Of a stretch of 64,000 nt of DNA, positions 39,498 to 51,000 are shown one piece after another. The first letter of the stretch is position 1, and each line of letters begins with the position of its first letter. The notes beneath the pieces are model-generated. The model was not told where the DNA came from. It was given only the letters and a program-made list of their open reading frames with translations, and ran no database searches. The translations under genes and the position numbers were made by a program. Source of the DNA: Chiloscyllium plagiosum (taxonomy: Eukaryota); assembly GCF_004010195.1 (NCBI RefSeq), contig NC_057718.1:44180949-44244948 (forward strand). The letters run 5' to 3'.

Positions 39498-41858
39498 GGG
39501 CTGAATTGTACCTTTTTTTGGCTAAGTATCAGTTTTGTCAAGTGTATTGGAGGATTTTCACCATGAGACCTAGCAAGATTTCTCACCATATTTTACCAAA
39601 TTCACCACATTAACTACTTATACCAGTCGAATGGCACTCCCTTCACATAATTCTAGTCCCATCTTCTCATGTGCTGTTCACAGAACTCATTACTCACCAG
39701 GTATCTGCCAAAACACCAGCATTCCTGACACCCAGCATCTTTAAGAGACTGCCAAGTAACCTGACAAGCATTGACAATCTGGCGTTGCCCCTCACTGGTG
39801 ATGTAATTGCAGAGCAGCCACAAAGCCATACTGCTTACAGCACATTACTAATATGCTTGCCAGTCCCTCACAATGCAACCTCATTCTCATATCCTGATCA
39901 CTGCTTAATCTCCACAGCACACAGTTACCAGATGTTAGCTAGATTCTGTCTAAACACCCTTTTTCTTGGTCACTGTCCCCCAGTACCCACTGTATGCCCT
40001 CATCTTGTCATTGTCCAGTCGGGGACCATCATATAAAGATAAGCAATAACCTTATATTTACAGCTAGCAAAAGGAAACACAAATAAAATGCATAAAGGCT
40101 GCAGTTCATCCACAAAATGCAGATCAAATACTGACATGAAGATCACTGACTATTTTACATTCCATGGTGGCCTGCTCTTATCTGCTGGAACCAAGTATGA
40201 GTTAGATCCTGTGTGGCTCGTGGTGCCTGTCACAGCTGAGCTCTGTAATGGACAAGGAGAACTTCCTCCTCTGCAGTGTCCTCTTCCTCAGAAGAAGAAA
40301 ATTCCTATTCTTCCAGTTTCTCAGCATCCATCATGTCGCATGTTGCCTCTTCAATTGTACATAGCACAGAATGCCAGGATGATGCAGCACTAGAGGACAG
40401 CCCAGACCGGTCCAAGCAACTGATCCAAATCTTCAGCGGCTCTATTGTCTGCTCCACCATGGCACTGGCCAAAGTATGGGCAATATTGTATCTGTGTTCC
40501 ATCTTTAAACCTTGAGTTTCTCCCCATCTTTTCTTATTGACCCCACCTCAACACATGACTCTTCTTCCCCATTCCCTTGACTGCCTGATACCCTTTCAGC
40601 AATGAGACCATCTTTGTTCCATTTTCAACAATCAACATGCAGACCCTAGGATTGTATTTACCATAGACTTCTGACTGGCGTTGACAAGCAGACCTAGACA
40701 AGATGCATCAAACTCTGGACCACTGTCTTTGCAATTCTCCAACTGACAATATGAGGTTCCTCAGGCTGTTAGCCTGGATTGTGGTTAGACATATCCCTTC
40801 ACCATGACCAGTCTGAGCAAACTACAGACCATGGTCATGGACTCTGGGTGGACTATATTCATGATTGATAGTACTACAACCCCAACTGGCAACTGCTCTG
40901 CCCCCCTATCCTACCTTCCTTTACTGCATCTCTGACATGGCCATTAGAAGAAATTTGGAATCTGTTTACTGTGCTGACAGCTGGTACATGCTGTAGGTCT
41001 TAGACTGTCTTAGATTAGATTACTTACAGTGTGGAAACAGGCCCTTCGGGCCAACAAGTCCACAACGACCAGCCAAAGCACAACCCACCCAGACCCATTC
41101 CCCTATATTTATCCCTTCACCTAACACTACGGGCAATTTACCATGGCCAGTTCACCTAACCTGCACATTTTTGGACTATGGGAGGAAATTGGAGCACCCA
41201 GAGGAAACCCACACAGACACGGGGAGAATGTGCAAACTCCACATATTCAGTCGCCTGAGGTGGGAATTGAACCCGGGTCTCTGGCGCTGTGAGGCAGCAG
41301 TGCTAACCACTGTGCCACCGTGCCACCCACAGTCTTGGGTACATGTTCTTGTGCATGAAGTCTCCTTGCACCAACCTTTCTGTGCCAGCTGTGTGTGCAC
41401 CCTGCAATGTGGATCTGTGCTTCTTAAGAGTTTTGCAAGTAGACTGGAGAGCTGCCATGAGGATAGTGAAGAGTTGACAAGTATCTTATGACAATGTCCT
41501 AGTTTGAGGGTTGCATGCAGCTAGTACCCCTCATTTGTGCCCTAAGATGTTGTTCTGTGCTAAACAACATGGAGGACCTTCACAGCCAGGGGTGATCTGA
41601 AGTCTCACTCTTTGACTTCCATGTTGAGATTTCTCAGTGTCTAATTTGCTCTCGGTGGGTAGTAGGATAGGAAGCTGCATGTTAATGATGTGAGATCTGC
41701 AGGCAATAAGTTGTTAACAAGCGATAATCCTTTTAATAGTCAACTTACTGCCCATTAGTAAGGATCTTACACCGATGCCCAGAACTTGCTTAAATGATGC
41801 AGTGAATTACTCCCAATATCGACACAGGCCATGCTGGATGTTTTGCACAGTTCTGCCT
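39498..41858 (-). mobile_element. Harbinger-type DNA transposon relic, with an HE1 SINE nested at 41010-41328
   Basis: Minus-strand EHRYNIAHTLASAMVEQTIEPLKIWISCLDRSG (40305-40502) matches the HARBI1 C-terminal motif. Imperfect termini GGGCTGAATTGTAC / GCACAGTTCTGCCT. Boundaries approximate. Confidence 0.65.
41010..41328 (-). mobile_element. HE1-type SINE, young copy
   Basis: Close reverse complement of 17749-18072. Confidence 0.95.
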
Positions 41859-41974
41859 CAATTTTCGCCATAGGCCATATTGTTCAGGCTTCTCTAAGCT
41901 TCTGCTCAATTTGTTATGAAATGAAACAAAGAACAGTGGTTGGAAATCTGAAACAAAAAAGGCTGCCAGACTAT

Positions 41975-42296
41975 TTCTTTTATTCATTAATGGGAAGAGG
42001 GCATTGCTAGCTTGGCCAGCATTCATTGCCCATCCCTAATTGACCAAAGGACAGTTAAGCATCCTTTGGGTCTGGAGACCATGTAAGGATGGCAGTTTCC
42101 TTCCTTAAAGTACATGGGTTTTTCTGATTGTCGAAAATGAATTCATAGTCCCCATTAGATTCATCATTCCAGATTTTCTTTTATTGAATTCAAATTTTTC
42201 CATCTGCCATGGTGGGATTCAAACCCAGGTCTCCAAAATATTACCTGGGTTTCTGGATTAATAGTCGAGCATAATATCAGTAGGCCATTGCCTCCC
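41975..42296 (-). mobile_element. tRNA-derived SINE with a LINE-shared 3' tail (non-HE1 family)
   Basis: Minus-strand head GGGAGGCAATGGCCTA...CCTGGGTTTGAATCCCACC (B-box); tail TAGGGATGGGCAATGAATGCTGGCC resembles the 3' end of the 16320 LINE. Confidence 0.75.
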
Positions 42297-42453
42297 CGAT
42301 TCAAGATCCTTACTCAAAACATTAGCTCTGCTTACTCCCCACAGATGTTGCCAGATCTGCTGAGTTTTATCAAAAGTTTCTTTTTATGTTATAAAATGAC
42401 TTAAGTGATGTTACAATGGAACTTTGCTAATCCTTTGATTTATTTTTCTCTAG

Positions 42454-42609
42454 ATAAGTGTATAGATTGCAGACCAACACAAGAGGAGGGAGTGGTAGAA
42501 GTGAAATTTATGTTGTTCAAACAGCAGCATCAATGCCAGAGAAAATTCTAGTTCCATATAATGTCACAGTAGCATCCATCTTCATTGTTCACAGCCTGGA
42601 CTCCACCTG
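42454..42609 (+). pseudogene. Usherin-like exon remnant (about human exon 58)
   Basis: tag|A TAA (stop at 42455, where human has Y), then VYRLQTNTRGGSGRSEIYVVQTAASMPEKILVPYNVTVA, a frameshift near 42575, then PSSLFTAWTPP. Recalled human: YTYKLEVKTGGGSSASDDYIVQTPMSTPEEIYPPYNITVIGPYSIFVAWIPPG. Confidence 0.9.
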
Positions 42610-44599
42610 TATATTGGCGTTTAGAGATATGGTGTTTTTCTTCAGGAACATTTCCAAAAGCAGATATTAGAGAGACATTGTTGGATTAAGTTTTAATTAA
42701 ATAAAACAAAAATAGAAATCCATTTCACAGCAATGCATAATCCTTGTTCAGTGACCTCAGCCCAGAACCTGTAAGATTATACTTAGTATGTGTTTCAGTG
42801 TAGTACACATAAGTATTATGATTATCTTCCAGGAAGGACTGCCTTGTTCTCAAGAAAGAGATATGGTTACGGGTTAAATAAACCATTGGATAACTGTAAT
42901 TTAAAACGCATAGCTGAATAAATTGCTCCTATATTTTGGGTAGAAAAGATGGGCAAAAACCACCAATTCCGTGTACAAAGGATACCTGATGCAACAGCCA
43001 TAATGTTGGTTTCAACAATAATCAGATGCCTTCAACAGATATTAGGCTCTTGAATCTGTAAATAATTCCTGAAGTTGCAGATTGTTGACAGAAGCAGTGT
43101 AGTTTTGCAGCTATTTGTCCTGGCCTAGCCAATAGCCACCCACAAAGTTTATGTTCCTGGTCAAGATGCCTTTTCATTATAATGCAAATTCTGATGATCA
43201 GTTATGAATTTCAATTTGAAATGTTAATTCTGTTTCTCCCGCTGATGCTGCATCTCCTGCTATTTCCAGTTTGTTTTGAATTTATTTTAGATTTCCAGGA
43301 TCTGAAATATTTTGCATTAATGGTTGCCATTTCTTTCTGATGTTACATTCACATTGGCCAGAGTTTGCACAATCTTCCTTCACTTTCTCCTGCCCGAACC
43401 TCCTCACCCCTTTATGACTTGTCTGAAGTCCAAATTGGTGATCTGCCTCAGGAGGCAAAATTGCCATTTCACAGTAATCTGAAATATGTGGGCTTCAGTT
43501 CAAATTACCTTCAAATAGGAACGGGTTTATACAAATTTATCATAATAAGCTATTTAAGAGTTAACATGTTTAAAAATGTTGAAAGTGTCTATGAATATTA
43601 ACCCATCTATTACCAAATATTAATTTAGAATATTTGTCTCTACAAAGGTTAAATTTTACCACCTTTAGACCACAAAGAATGAAGTCTAAAACCATGTATC
43701 GTTGTAAGTGATACATGTGCAGTGACATTTTTTTTTAATCAAGGAAGTTTAATAATTTAACTTTTTCCATTTGTAAAGATAAAGTAATAATCAACTTGCT
43801 CTCTGCATACATTTCAGCTTCATAAATCTTGAATTAACTATCCATGCTTCATTGTTCTGAATAATGAAAAAGGTCATTACACAGAATGCTAACAAACTAA
43901 AGTGTGATGTCTTGGCTAGAGCCAGAATGGATTAAGGCAAATGCTAAATTTGAAAGATTTGTGTTCCTAAATTCCAAAAAATAAGTGGTGGAAGTTACAA
44001 ATTTGTCAAACCTTATAACTTATGTCTCTCAACTTAAATAATTCAGGTACAATTTGGGAAAGAGATGGGGACAGAGGATGATGGGCATTTGAGGAATTGT
44101 TGGGTTACCCTCCAAGTAACGCCTGTGACCTGCTGCCTGTCAAGACGGTGGAAATGGAAACAATCTATTGTTTCAACAGGAAATTAGTTAGGTGCTTACA
44201 GGGTCATAGGCTGAGACTTAAGGAATAAAAGTGACTGAATTGCTTCATTGAGAGCCAGCAAAGACTTAATAGGTCAACTGACCTCCTACAATTCTGTAAA
44301 TGAATGTATAGTCAGAATTTGGTGGAGCCTGCCAGCACAATAATGGGTGCTCTGATGAAGGTAAGTTGGGCAAGAATAGCTAAAGTACCCACATTTGATT
44401 CTCCGATGGGAAAACTAATGGAGCAGGAGGTTGGAAGGGCCTAACACGGAAATACTAGCCACTGGTGAGAGGATGTCAATTAGGTTCATCAATGAGCCCC
44501 TTAAAGCAAATTTGCTCTGAGCCCACTAGGATTTAGTAATAACTCAGGGATTAACAGGAGACAGACAAGAGTCGCATGACTCCATAAGGCCACCAAGTA

Positions 44600-44850
44600 G
44601 GAGCAAATTACTGGATATAGGTTTGCTCACTGAGCTGGAAGGTTCATGTTCAGATGTTTCATCACCATATTAAGTAACATCTTCAGTGAGCCTCCAGACA
44701 AAGCATTGCTGATGATTTCTGCTTTCTATTTATATGTTTTGGCTTCTTTGAATCGGTGATGTCATTTCCTGTGGCAATGTCATTTCCTATGGTGATGTCA
44801 TTACCCGTTCTTTTTCTCAGGGGGTTGTAAATCGGGTCCAACTCAATACA
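44600..44850 (-). mobile_element. Penelope-like 3' end (third GIY-YIG family) with an 18-nt internal repeat
   Basis: IELDPIYNPLRKRT, then a GNDI(T/A) repeat x3, then a terminus with CTGAAGA...GAAAC. Confidence 0.7.
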
Positions 44851-44852
44851 AA

Positions 44853-45410
44853 TTACTGCAAATGCTGGAGTCTGTGCTGAAAGCAAAAAAAATTGCTGGA
44901 AATCACAGTGGGTCAGGTAGATCAGTGGAGAGAGAGCAAACTTACATTTCAAGTCTAGATGATTCTTCATCAGAGCTGGCATGATCAAGTCAAGGCAGTG
45001 GAGTACTGGGGGCTTGGTATTTTACAACCTTCTGGACGTAATATTGAGTTCAATACCTTCAGATTGTGAACTCATTTCTTCCCTTTTAGCTTTACTTGCA
45101 TTCTCTGTCACCATATCCTCTCTTCCCTCCCCCACCCACCCTAAACCCTGGTGGGATCATCTTTTCTTTTAAATCTAGTGGTTAGACACACTATTGTTCT
45201 GCCATTCTCATATTCCAATAATTTAATCTGCACTTTGCATCCCCCCCCACCCCCCAGCATTCCATCCCTCCCACAACTGCATAAATTCTGTCGCCTCCAC
45301 ACTGCACGTCAACTCTGATGAGGAGTCCTCTCGACTCAATGTTAGCTTGCTCTCGCTCCACGGGTGCTGCCTGACTTGCTGTGAGTTCCAGCATTTTTTT
45401 CGTTGTCATC
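44853..45410 (+). mobile_element. Penelope-like 3' fragment bounded by inverted terminal copies
   Basis: 44853-44980 is an inverted copy of 45311-45410. The interior has LQPSGRNIEFNTF (GIY-YIG end) and a pyrimidine tract. Confidence 0.75.
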
Positions 45411-45436
45411 AAGCAAACTATGTCGGATTAAGTCTA

Positions 45437-45612
45437 AAGATCACACAACACCAGGTTATAGTCCAACAAGTTTAGTTGGAATCACTAGTTTTTGAAGGAT
45501 GAAGAAGCAGCACTTCGAAAGCTAGTGCTTCCAAATAAACCTGTTAGACTATAACCTGGTGTTGTGTGATTTTTAACTTTGTCCATCCCAGTCCAACACC
45601 GGCTCCTCCAAA
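45437..45612. mobile_element. Palindromic Penelope-derived short element (family of 48175-48379), centre deleted
   Basis: ATCACACAACACCAGGTTATAGTC ... GACTATAACCTGGTGTTGTGTGAT inverted arms. Confidence 0.8.
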
Positions 45613-46499
45613 TTACATCAATTTAGTATGTGGCCTCATTAAGAGGGGAGCTCCCACATTAACAGGCAATAAGTGCGCAATTGAGAGATGATGCATGAAG
45701 AAAGGTGATCACTGAAAGCCAATCACACTGCCTTTTGGTTTCTTGTGGCACAGCAGTAGTATCCTGACCTTTGAACCAGGTTACTCAGGTTCAAATCCCA
45801 CCTGTTCCTACAAGTATGTCTTAACATTTCTGAGCAGGTTAATTAGAAAATATCCCACAGTGTTTGTAACCAACCCCAACACTCCCCGTTTGCTGACCCT
45901 TGTCCCCCAGGGGCTGTGTGGTGCTAACAACAATGAACAAGTGACAATCTCTCGCTGACATCTTTCAGGGTGAACTTTCCACTCCATGACAGCCTTGTTC
46001 ATCTGAGAGGCAAGTTAAGTGCCTAGTTACACCTAAACAGTGATATGATCCCAACTAATAGTACTTCTGGGTATATCTGAATCCAAAGTAAAACCTGGCC
46101 TGATAGAACCATATTTATTTATTTTAGTTAATGCGGTGGTCATTTATTGAAACATAGTCACACAAGGCTGCAAAGTTCCTTTAACCATAGAACAGAAGTT
46201 ATTACAAAACAGATGAAAACAAAAATAAGTTATATTAACATAGAACACAATTAGTAAAAAAAAAACATTTTAACACACTCTAACACAATCTATTTCCCAA
46301 AACAATTGCCTTACAGCAATTAAAATTCAGTGAGATTACCATTCTATATCAAATCTTGATGTAGTTGATTCTTTCCAATTCTGTCCTGTAAATTGCAAAG
46401 TCATCTTTCATTTATAATCACAAAATTAAGATATCAGACTTTCTCAACTTGTTGTAACTTGCAGATTTCTGCCCAAACACTCCTCATCTGAAAGTTATA

Positions 46500-47265
46500 C
46501 ATCAGAGGGTTGTACAGCACAGAAACAGACCTTTTGGTCCAACTCATTCATGTTAACCAGATATCCTAAATTAATCTAGTCCCATTTGACAGCATTTTGA
46601 CCCATATCTCTCTAAACCCATCTTATTCATATACTCATCCAGATGACGTTTAAATGTTGTAACTGTACCAGCCTCCACCACTTCCTCTATCAGTTCATTC
46701 CATACATGCAGCACTACACTCTGTGTTAAAAAGTTGGCCCTCAGGTCCCCTTTCATTTTTCCCCTCTCACTTTAATCCCATGCCCTCTAGTTTTGGACTC
46801 CCCTATCCTTGAAAAAATAATTTAGTTATTTGCTCTATCTATGCCCCTCAAGATTTTACAAATCTCTATAAGGTCACCTCTCAATCTCCAATGCTCCAGG
46901 GAAAATAGACCCAGCCTATTGCTCAACCTCAACAACAGCCTTGTAATTCTTTTCTGCACCTTTCAAGGTTAACAACGTATTTTCTAAAGCAGAAGGACCA
47001 GAATTGAACACAGTATTCCAAAAGTGGCCTAACAAATGCCCTGTACATCCGCAACGTGACATCCCAACTCCTATACTCGATGCACTGACCAAAAAAGGAA
47101 AGTGTGCCAAACCCTTCTCCATTACCCTGTGTACTCATAGCTCCACCTTCAAGGAACTATGAACCTGCGCCCCAAGGTGTCTTTGTTCAGAAACCTTCCC
47201 TGGGACCTTACCATTAAGTGTACCATAAGTCCTGCCGTGATTTGCCTGACCAAAATGCAACATCA
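46500..47265 (-). mobile_element. CR1 LINE 3' fragment
   Basis: [16 protein letters not shown] and VWNELIEEVVEAGTVTTFKRHLD motifs. Confidence 0.9.
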
Positions 47266-48174
47266 GACATTTTATTCCTCACAAGTTGCACAAATTAAAT
47301 GTCTTTGCCCAGGTATCTCTGCTTTCCCTGAAGATTTCTGTACTCTTTCTTTTAAGAGAGACACTATGTTTTCTTCTGATGCAAGTGTGGTCTCCTCCAA
47401 ACTGCCCGAAACCTTTCAGTATCTGGATTTTCTAAGAAAATATCAATCCTTGATTATTCTGAATCAAAAGCAAGTTAATGTTTGCATCGAGGATTAGTAG
47501 TCCCTATGTTAGGTTACCATGATAATACCAATCTTCCATTAACACTCCAGGAGATCCCTGCTGTCTGATACAAGCTGGATTAAATCTCTGCTCTGAAAAA
47601 ACTGCCTGACCTACTAACTTATTTTTTGAGACCCTAAGAAAAATAACCAAACCAAAATGCCACTATTCTATAATACAAACTCTTCAAAATCATGTCAGAC
47701 ACATTTTATCACAATAATATTAAGTCTTCCAGACAGCAGCAAGGCGTGGGTTACATTGGTTCTCCAACTAGTGGGAGGACTCTGCCATAGATACTGCGTT
47801 CTTGCCTATGACTCTAATTTACTTTGAAATAATCTATGGTAGATGCCTTTTTTTTTATCAGGAATGCATGATAGAATTGCTCATAGGAAATTAATCCTTT
47901 CACAAGCACTGTTGCACAATAAAACTACAATAAAACCAATTAAACCACAATTTAAATAAAATTGGGTAAACGTTATGTTTATCATGATAAGGAGTTACAA
48001 TACTGAATAACGGAATATTCTCCCATATGTTTCATTCAATGGCAATACAGAAAAGTCCTAGAAAGCATGTGAACAAAGAGCATCCCTTAACATTAAATTC
48101 AGAACATTATCTCTATTGCACAAATGTGAACTTTTCCATTTTCTCCTTCTGCACCCTTTTGTCCTCTCTCTTGA

Positions 48175-48379
48175 TTTAGAGGTGCTGGTGTTGGACTGGG
48201 GTGTACAAAGTTAAAAATCACACAACACCAGGTTATAGTCCAACAGGTTGATTTGGAAGCACTAGCTTTCGGAGCGCTCTTCCTTCATCTACAACCACCT
48301 GATGAAGGAGCAGCGCTTTGAAAGCTAGTGCTTCCAAATCAACCTGTTGGACTATAACCTGGTGTTGTGTGATTTTTAA
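48175..48379. mobile_element. Palindromic Penelope-derived short element with 60-bp perfect arms
   Basis: 48211-48270 is the exact reverse complement of 48320-48379. Confidence 0.85.
48296..48330 (+). ncRNA. Minimal type I hammerhead ribozyme motif
   Basis: CAC-CUGAUGA-A-GGAGC agc GCUUU-GAA-AGCU-A-GUG. Stem I CAC/GUG, stem II with two G-U pairs, palindromic AGCU in place of stem III, predicted cleavage after CUA. Confidence 0.6.
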
Positions 48380-48855
48380 TGTTGTCTCTCTGAATGCGAT
48401 TTGATATGGCATTGACAAGTAGTGATAAGTTATAGCTTGTAGACTGATGTCATTGTTATAACTTAGAAAACTAAAGTGAAGGGGCAAAATAAAGACTGGA
48501 GGTCACTGCTAAGTTTGAAAACAAATAAGCGGGATGAAGGATAAAATACACTGTAATAGGTAATGCTCAGCTAGTACTATCCTTAGAGCTGCTAATGCAG
48601 CACCACCATCACCTTTATCAGAAGGTAGGCAGAATTCCTATATAAACAGACTATTCTCCACCCTTCTCAAGTCTGGTGACTGAATGGTAGTTGGTCTTGG
48701 GAATACTTCAGGCCCATAAAACCCTGCATAATGGAGCTGGGGAAAAAAGACTGAGAGAAAAAAAAAAGCAATTTTGAGTCCGGTTTGGAGATTCAGTTTA
48801 CTTTGATAACAGCACGATTGAATTTGTTTTGTACTTTTTTTTTCATCACTTTTAG

Positions 48856-49012
48856 TTGTTTTCAATATCAGAACATCTCACTTTTACAATGTTACTTTAA
48901 ATCTTGGGACTGCCCAAGCAATTATTTATCCCACTGGTCATAATCATTCCTTATTAGTGAAGAACTGAATCTATTTACAATGAAGAGATAAGAATTCAGA
49001 CATCTCAGCCAG
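48856..49012 (+). pseudogene. Usherin-like exon remnant (about human exon 59)
   Basis: ttttag| ... CCAG|gtaagg, 157 nt: VFNIRTSHFYNVTLNLGTAQAIIYPTGHNHSLLVKN / LNLFTM / EIRIQTSQPG, with two 1-nt deletions. Recalled human: ...YNVLLNDGSVTPLAFSVGHHQSTLLENLTPFTQYEIRIQACQNG. Confidence 0.8.
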
Positions 49013-49097
49013 GTAAGGAACAATTTGTTATCAGTTCCCATTGCTATCTAAGAGCTAATTTAATAACCTTGTCTCTGTGTCTTTTAAAGTAATAAAG

Positions 49098-49405
49098 ATC
49101 ATAGAATCCCTACAGTGTGGAATCAGGCCATTCGGTCCATTGAATCCACACCAGCCCTCCGAAGAGCAATCTATCCAGATCCATCTCCCTCTGACACTAT
49201 ACTTGTAACCCTGCATTTTCCACAGCCAATCCACTTAACCTGCACATCTTTGGAATGTGGGAGAAAACTGGAATACCCAGAGGAAACCGATGGCAACACA
49301 GGGAGAACACAAATTCCACACAGACGGTTGCCTGAGGCTGGAATTGAATCCAGGCCCCTGGTGCTGTGAGGAAGTAGTGCTAACCACTGAGCCACCATGC
49401 CACCC
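49098..49405 (-). mobile_element. HE1-type SINE
   Basis: Homologous to 17749-18072. Confidence 0.9.
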
Positions 49406-50639
49406 AAGAATGTTGAGAATGGGATATTGAGAAACAACCTTTCTGTTAAATCCTTACTGGTTAGATTGCAGTCAACTTAAAATAACATACATCTTCTTGA
49501 ATGTGCCAATGTATTTTGCTTTAAAACATTTAACCCATCATGGATTTAAATCAGTTACCACAATCAGACTATAATAGCCATCAAATTGAAATGACAATCA
49601 AATTTTTGTAAATGTTATCCCTTGTCCCTTCCAATCCAAATGCTTCTAATGGTGAAGCAGTTTCTAGTACTTGAGGAATATAAGTTGAATAGCCTTCAAT
49701 CTTTGCTTTTTACTTGATGTTTCCCTCTCACAGACTAAATGACTGGACAAATTCACTTCAGAGTTGATGGGAAAATTCTTGTCCAATTATTTTGGAACAG
49801 TGAGTTAGAGCACTCTTATGCAGTGTCATTGAGCCACAATCAACTGCCTTTGTCATCACAGAAACATTCTTATTTAGAATTTGTTCTGTTGTTCCATTAA
49901 CCCTATCACCTATACTTCCCTATAACAGTACGTTCATTCTACCAACTGAAGTGAATGTTTCAGTGGCACCATAACTGCTGATCACTCTCAATCTTCTAAT
50001 GAATCCAGGAAATAGACATGGTTAAGAGCAATAGTCCCAAGTCCAGCATCTTTCAGCAGAGTAAGGATCCAATCGATGATCGAATCCTAACAGGGTTTAA
50101 TCAAATTTGAAACATTAACTCTGATTCTCTCTCTCCGTTGATGATAATTGATATGCTGAGTTTTTTCAGCAATTTCAGTCTTTCTTTAAGATGCAGGCTC
50201 ATTTGACATCATTGATGGTCCATGGTACACATTATTTAGTTCATGAAAACTAAAAATTTGGACATTCTCATTTTGTGTAATAAAGCTAATAATTATAATG
50301 GAATCAAAGAACATAAATTTAAATACTGAATCTTGACAGTCATCTATGTATGTATGCATACAATGAAGTCTTTAGCAAGATCACAAAAAGGATCGCCTTA
50401 TTAATATAGATCTGTGCTAGTCAGGTCACCATAAATAGTTCACCATTTGCAAAGAGTCACAAAATAACAGGAGTGCCTAAAGTAAGGAAAGGAAGGTAAT
50501 TGATGGCTTCAAGGAATGTGAATGTGTAAGTAGTGACCAGCAATCCAGTAGCAGTTTTTAAGAAGCAACCAAGAAGGCCACTTCAACACTTCAATAAAAA
50601 ACATTACTGTCTTCAGATCTGTTTCCCTTTAGCTAAGTG

Positions 50640-51000
50640 ATCATAAGAACATTGGAAAGGAAAAGGCCATTCACCCTTGAGCCTGTGACCTCACTTCATA
50701 TGTCTGCCTTTAGCCCAAATCCCTGGATATCTTTGCTTAACAAAAAAAAACTATTTATCTCAGATTTAAAATTAATAACTGGTCGAGCATCCACAGAGTC
50801 AAAGAGCTTCCTAACATCGCTCCTGAATTAACTGACCCTAATTCTCAGACTATGCTTCCTAGTTCTGGAATATCCGATGAGTGGAAATAATTTATCTTTA
50901 CTTGCCCTGTCCTTTCCTGTTAATATCTTGAAGACTTCAATCAGATCACCCCTTAATCTTCTAAATTCTAGAGAAAACAAGCCTGATTAGTATGTTTTGT
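50640..51000 (-). mobile_element. Degenerate CR1 3' fragment
   Basis: Minus strand FSLEFRRLRGDLIEVFKILTG; TCATAAGAACA tail pattern. Confidence 0.75.

Noticed and set aside
48211..48379. Pre-miRNA candidate
   Set aside because: The hairpin is explained by an inverted repeat-family terminus; no expression evidence available.
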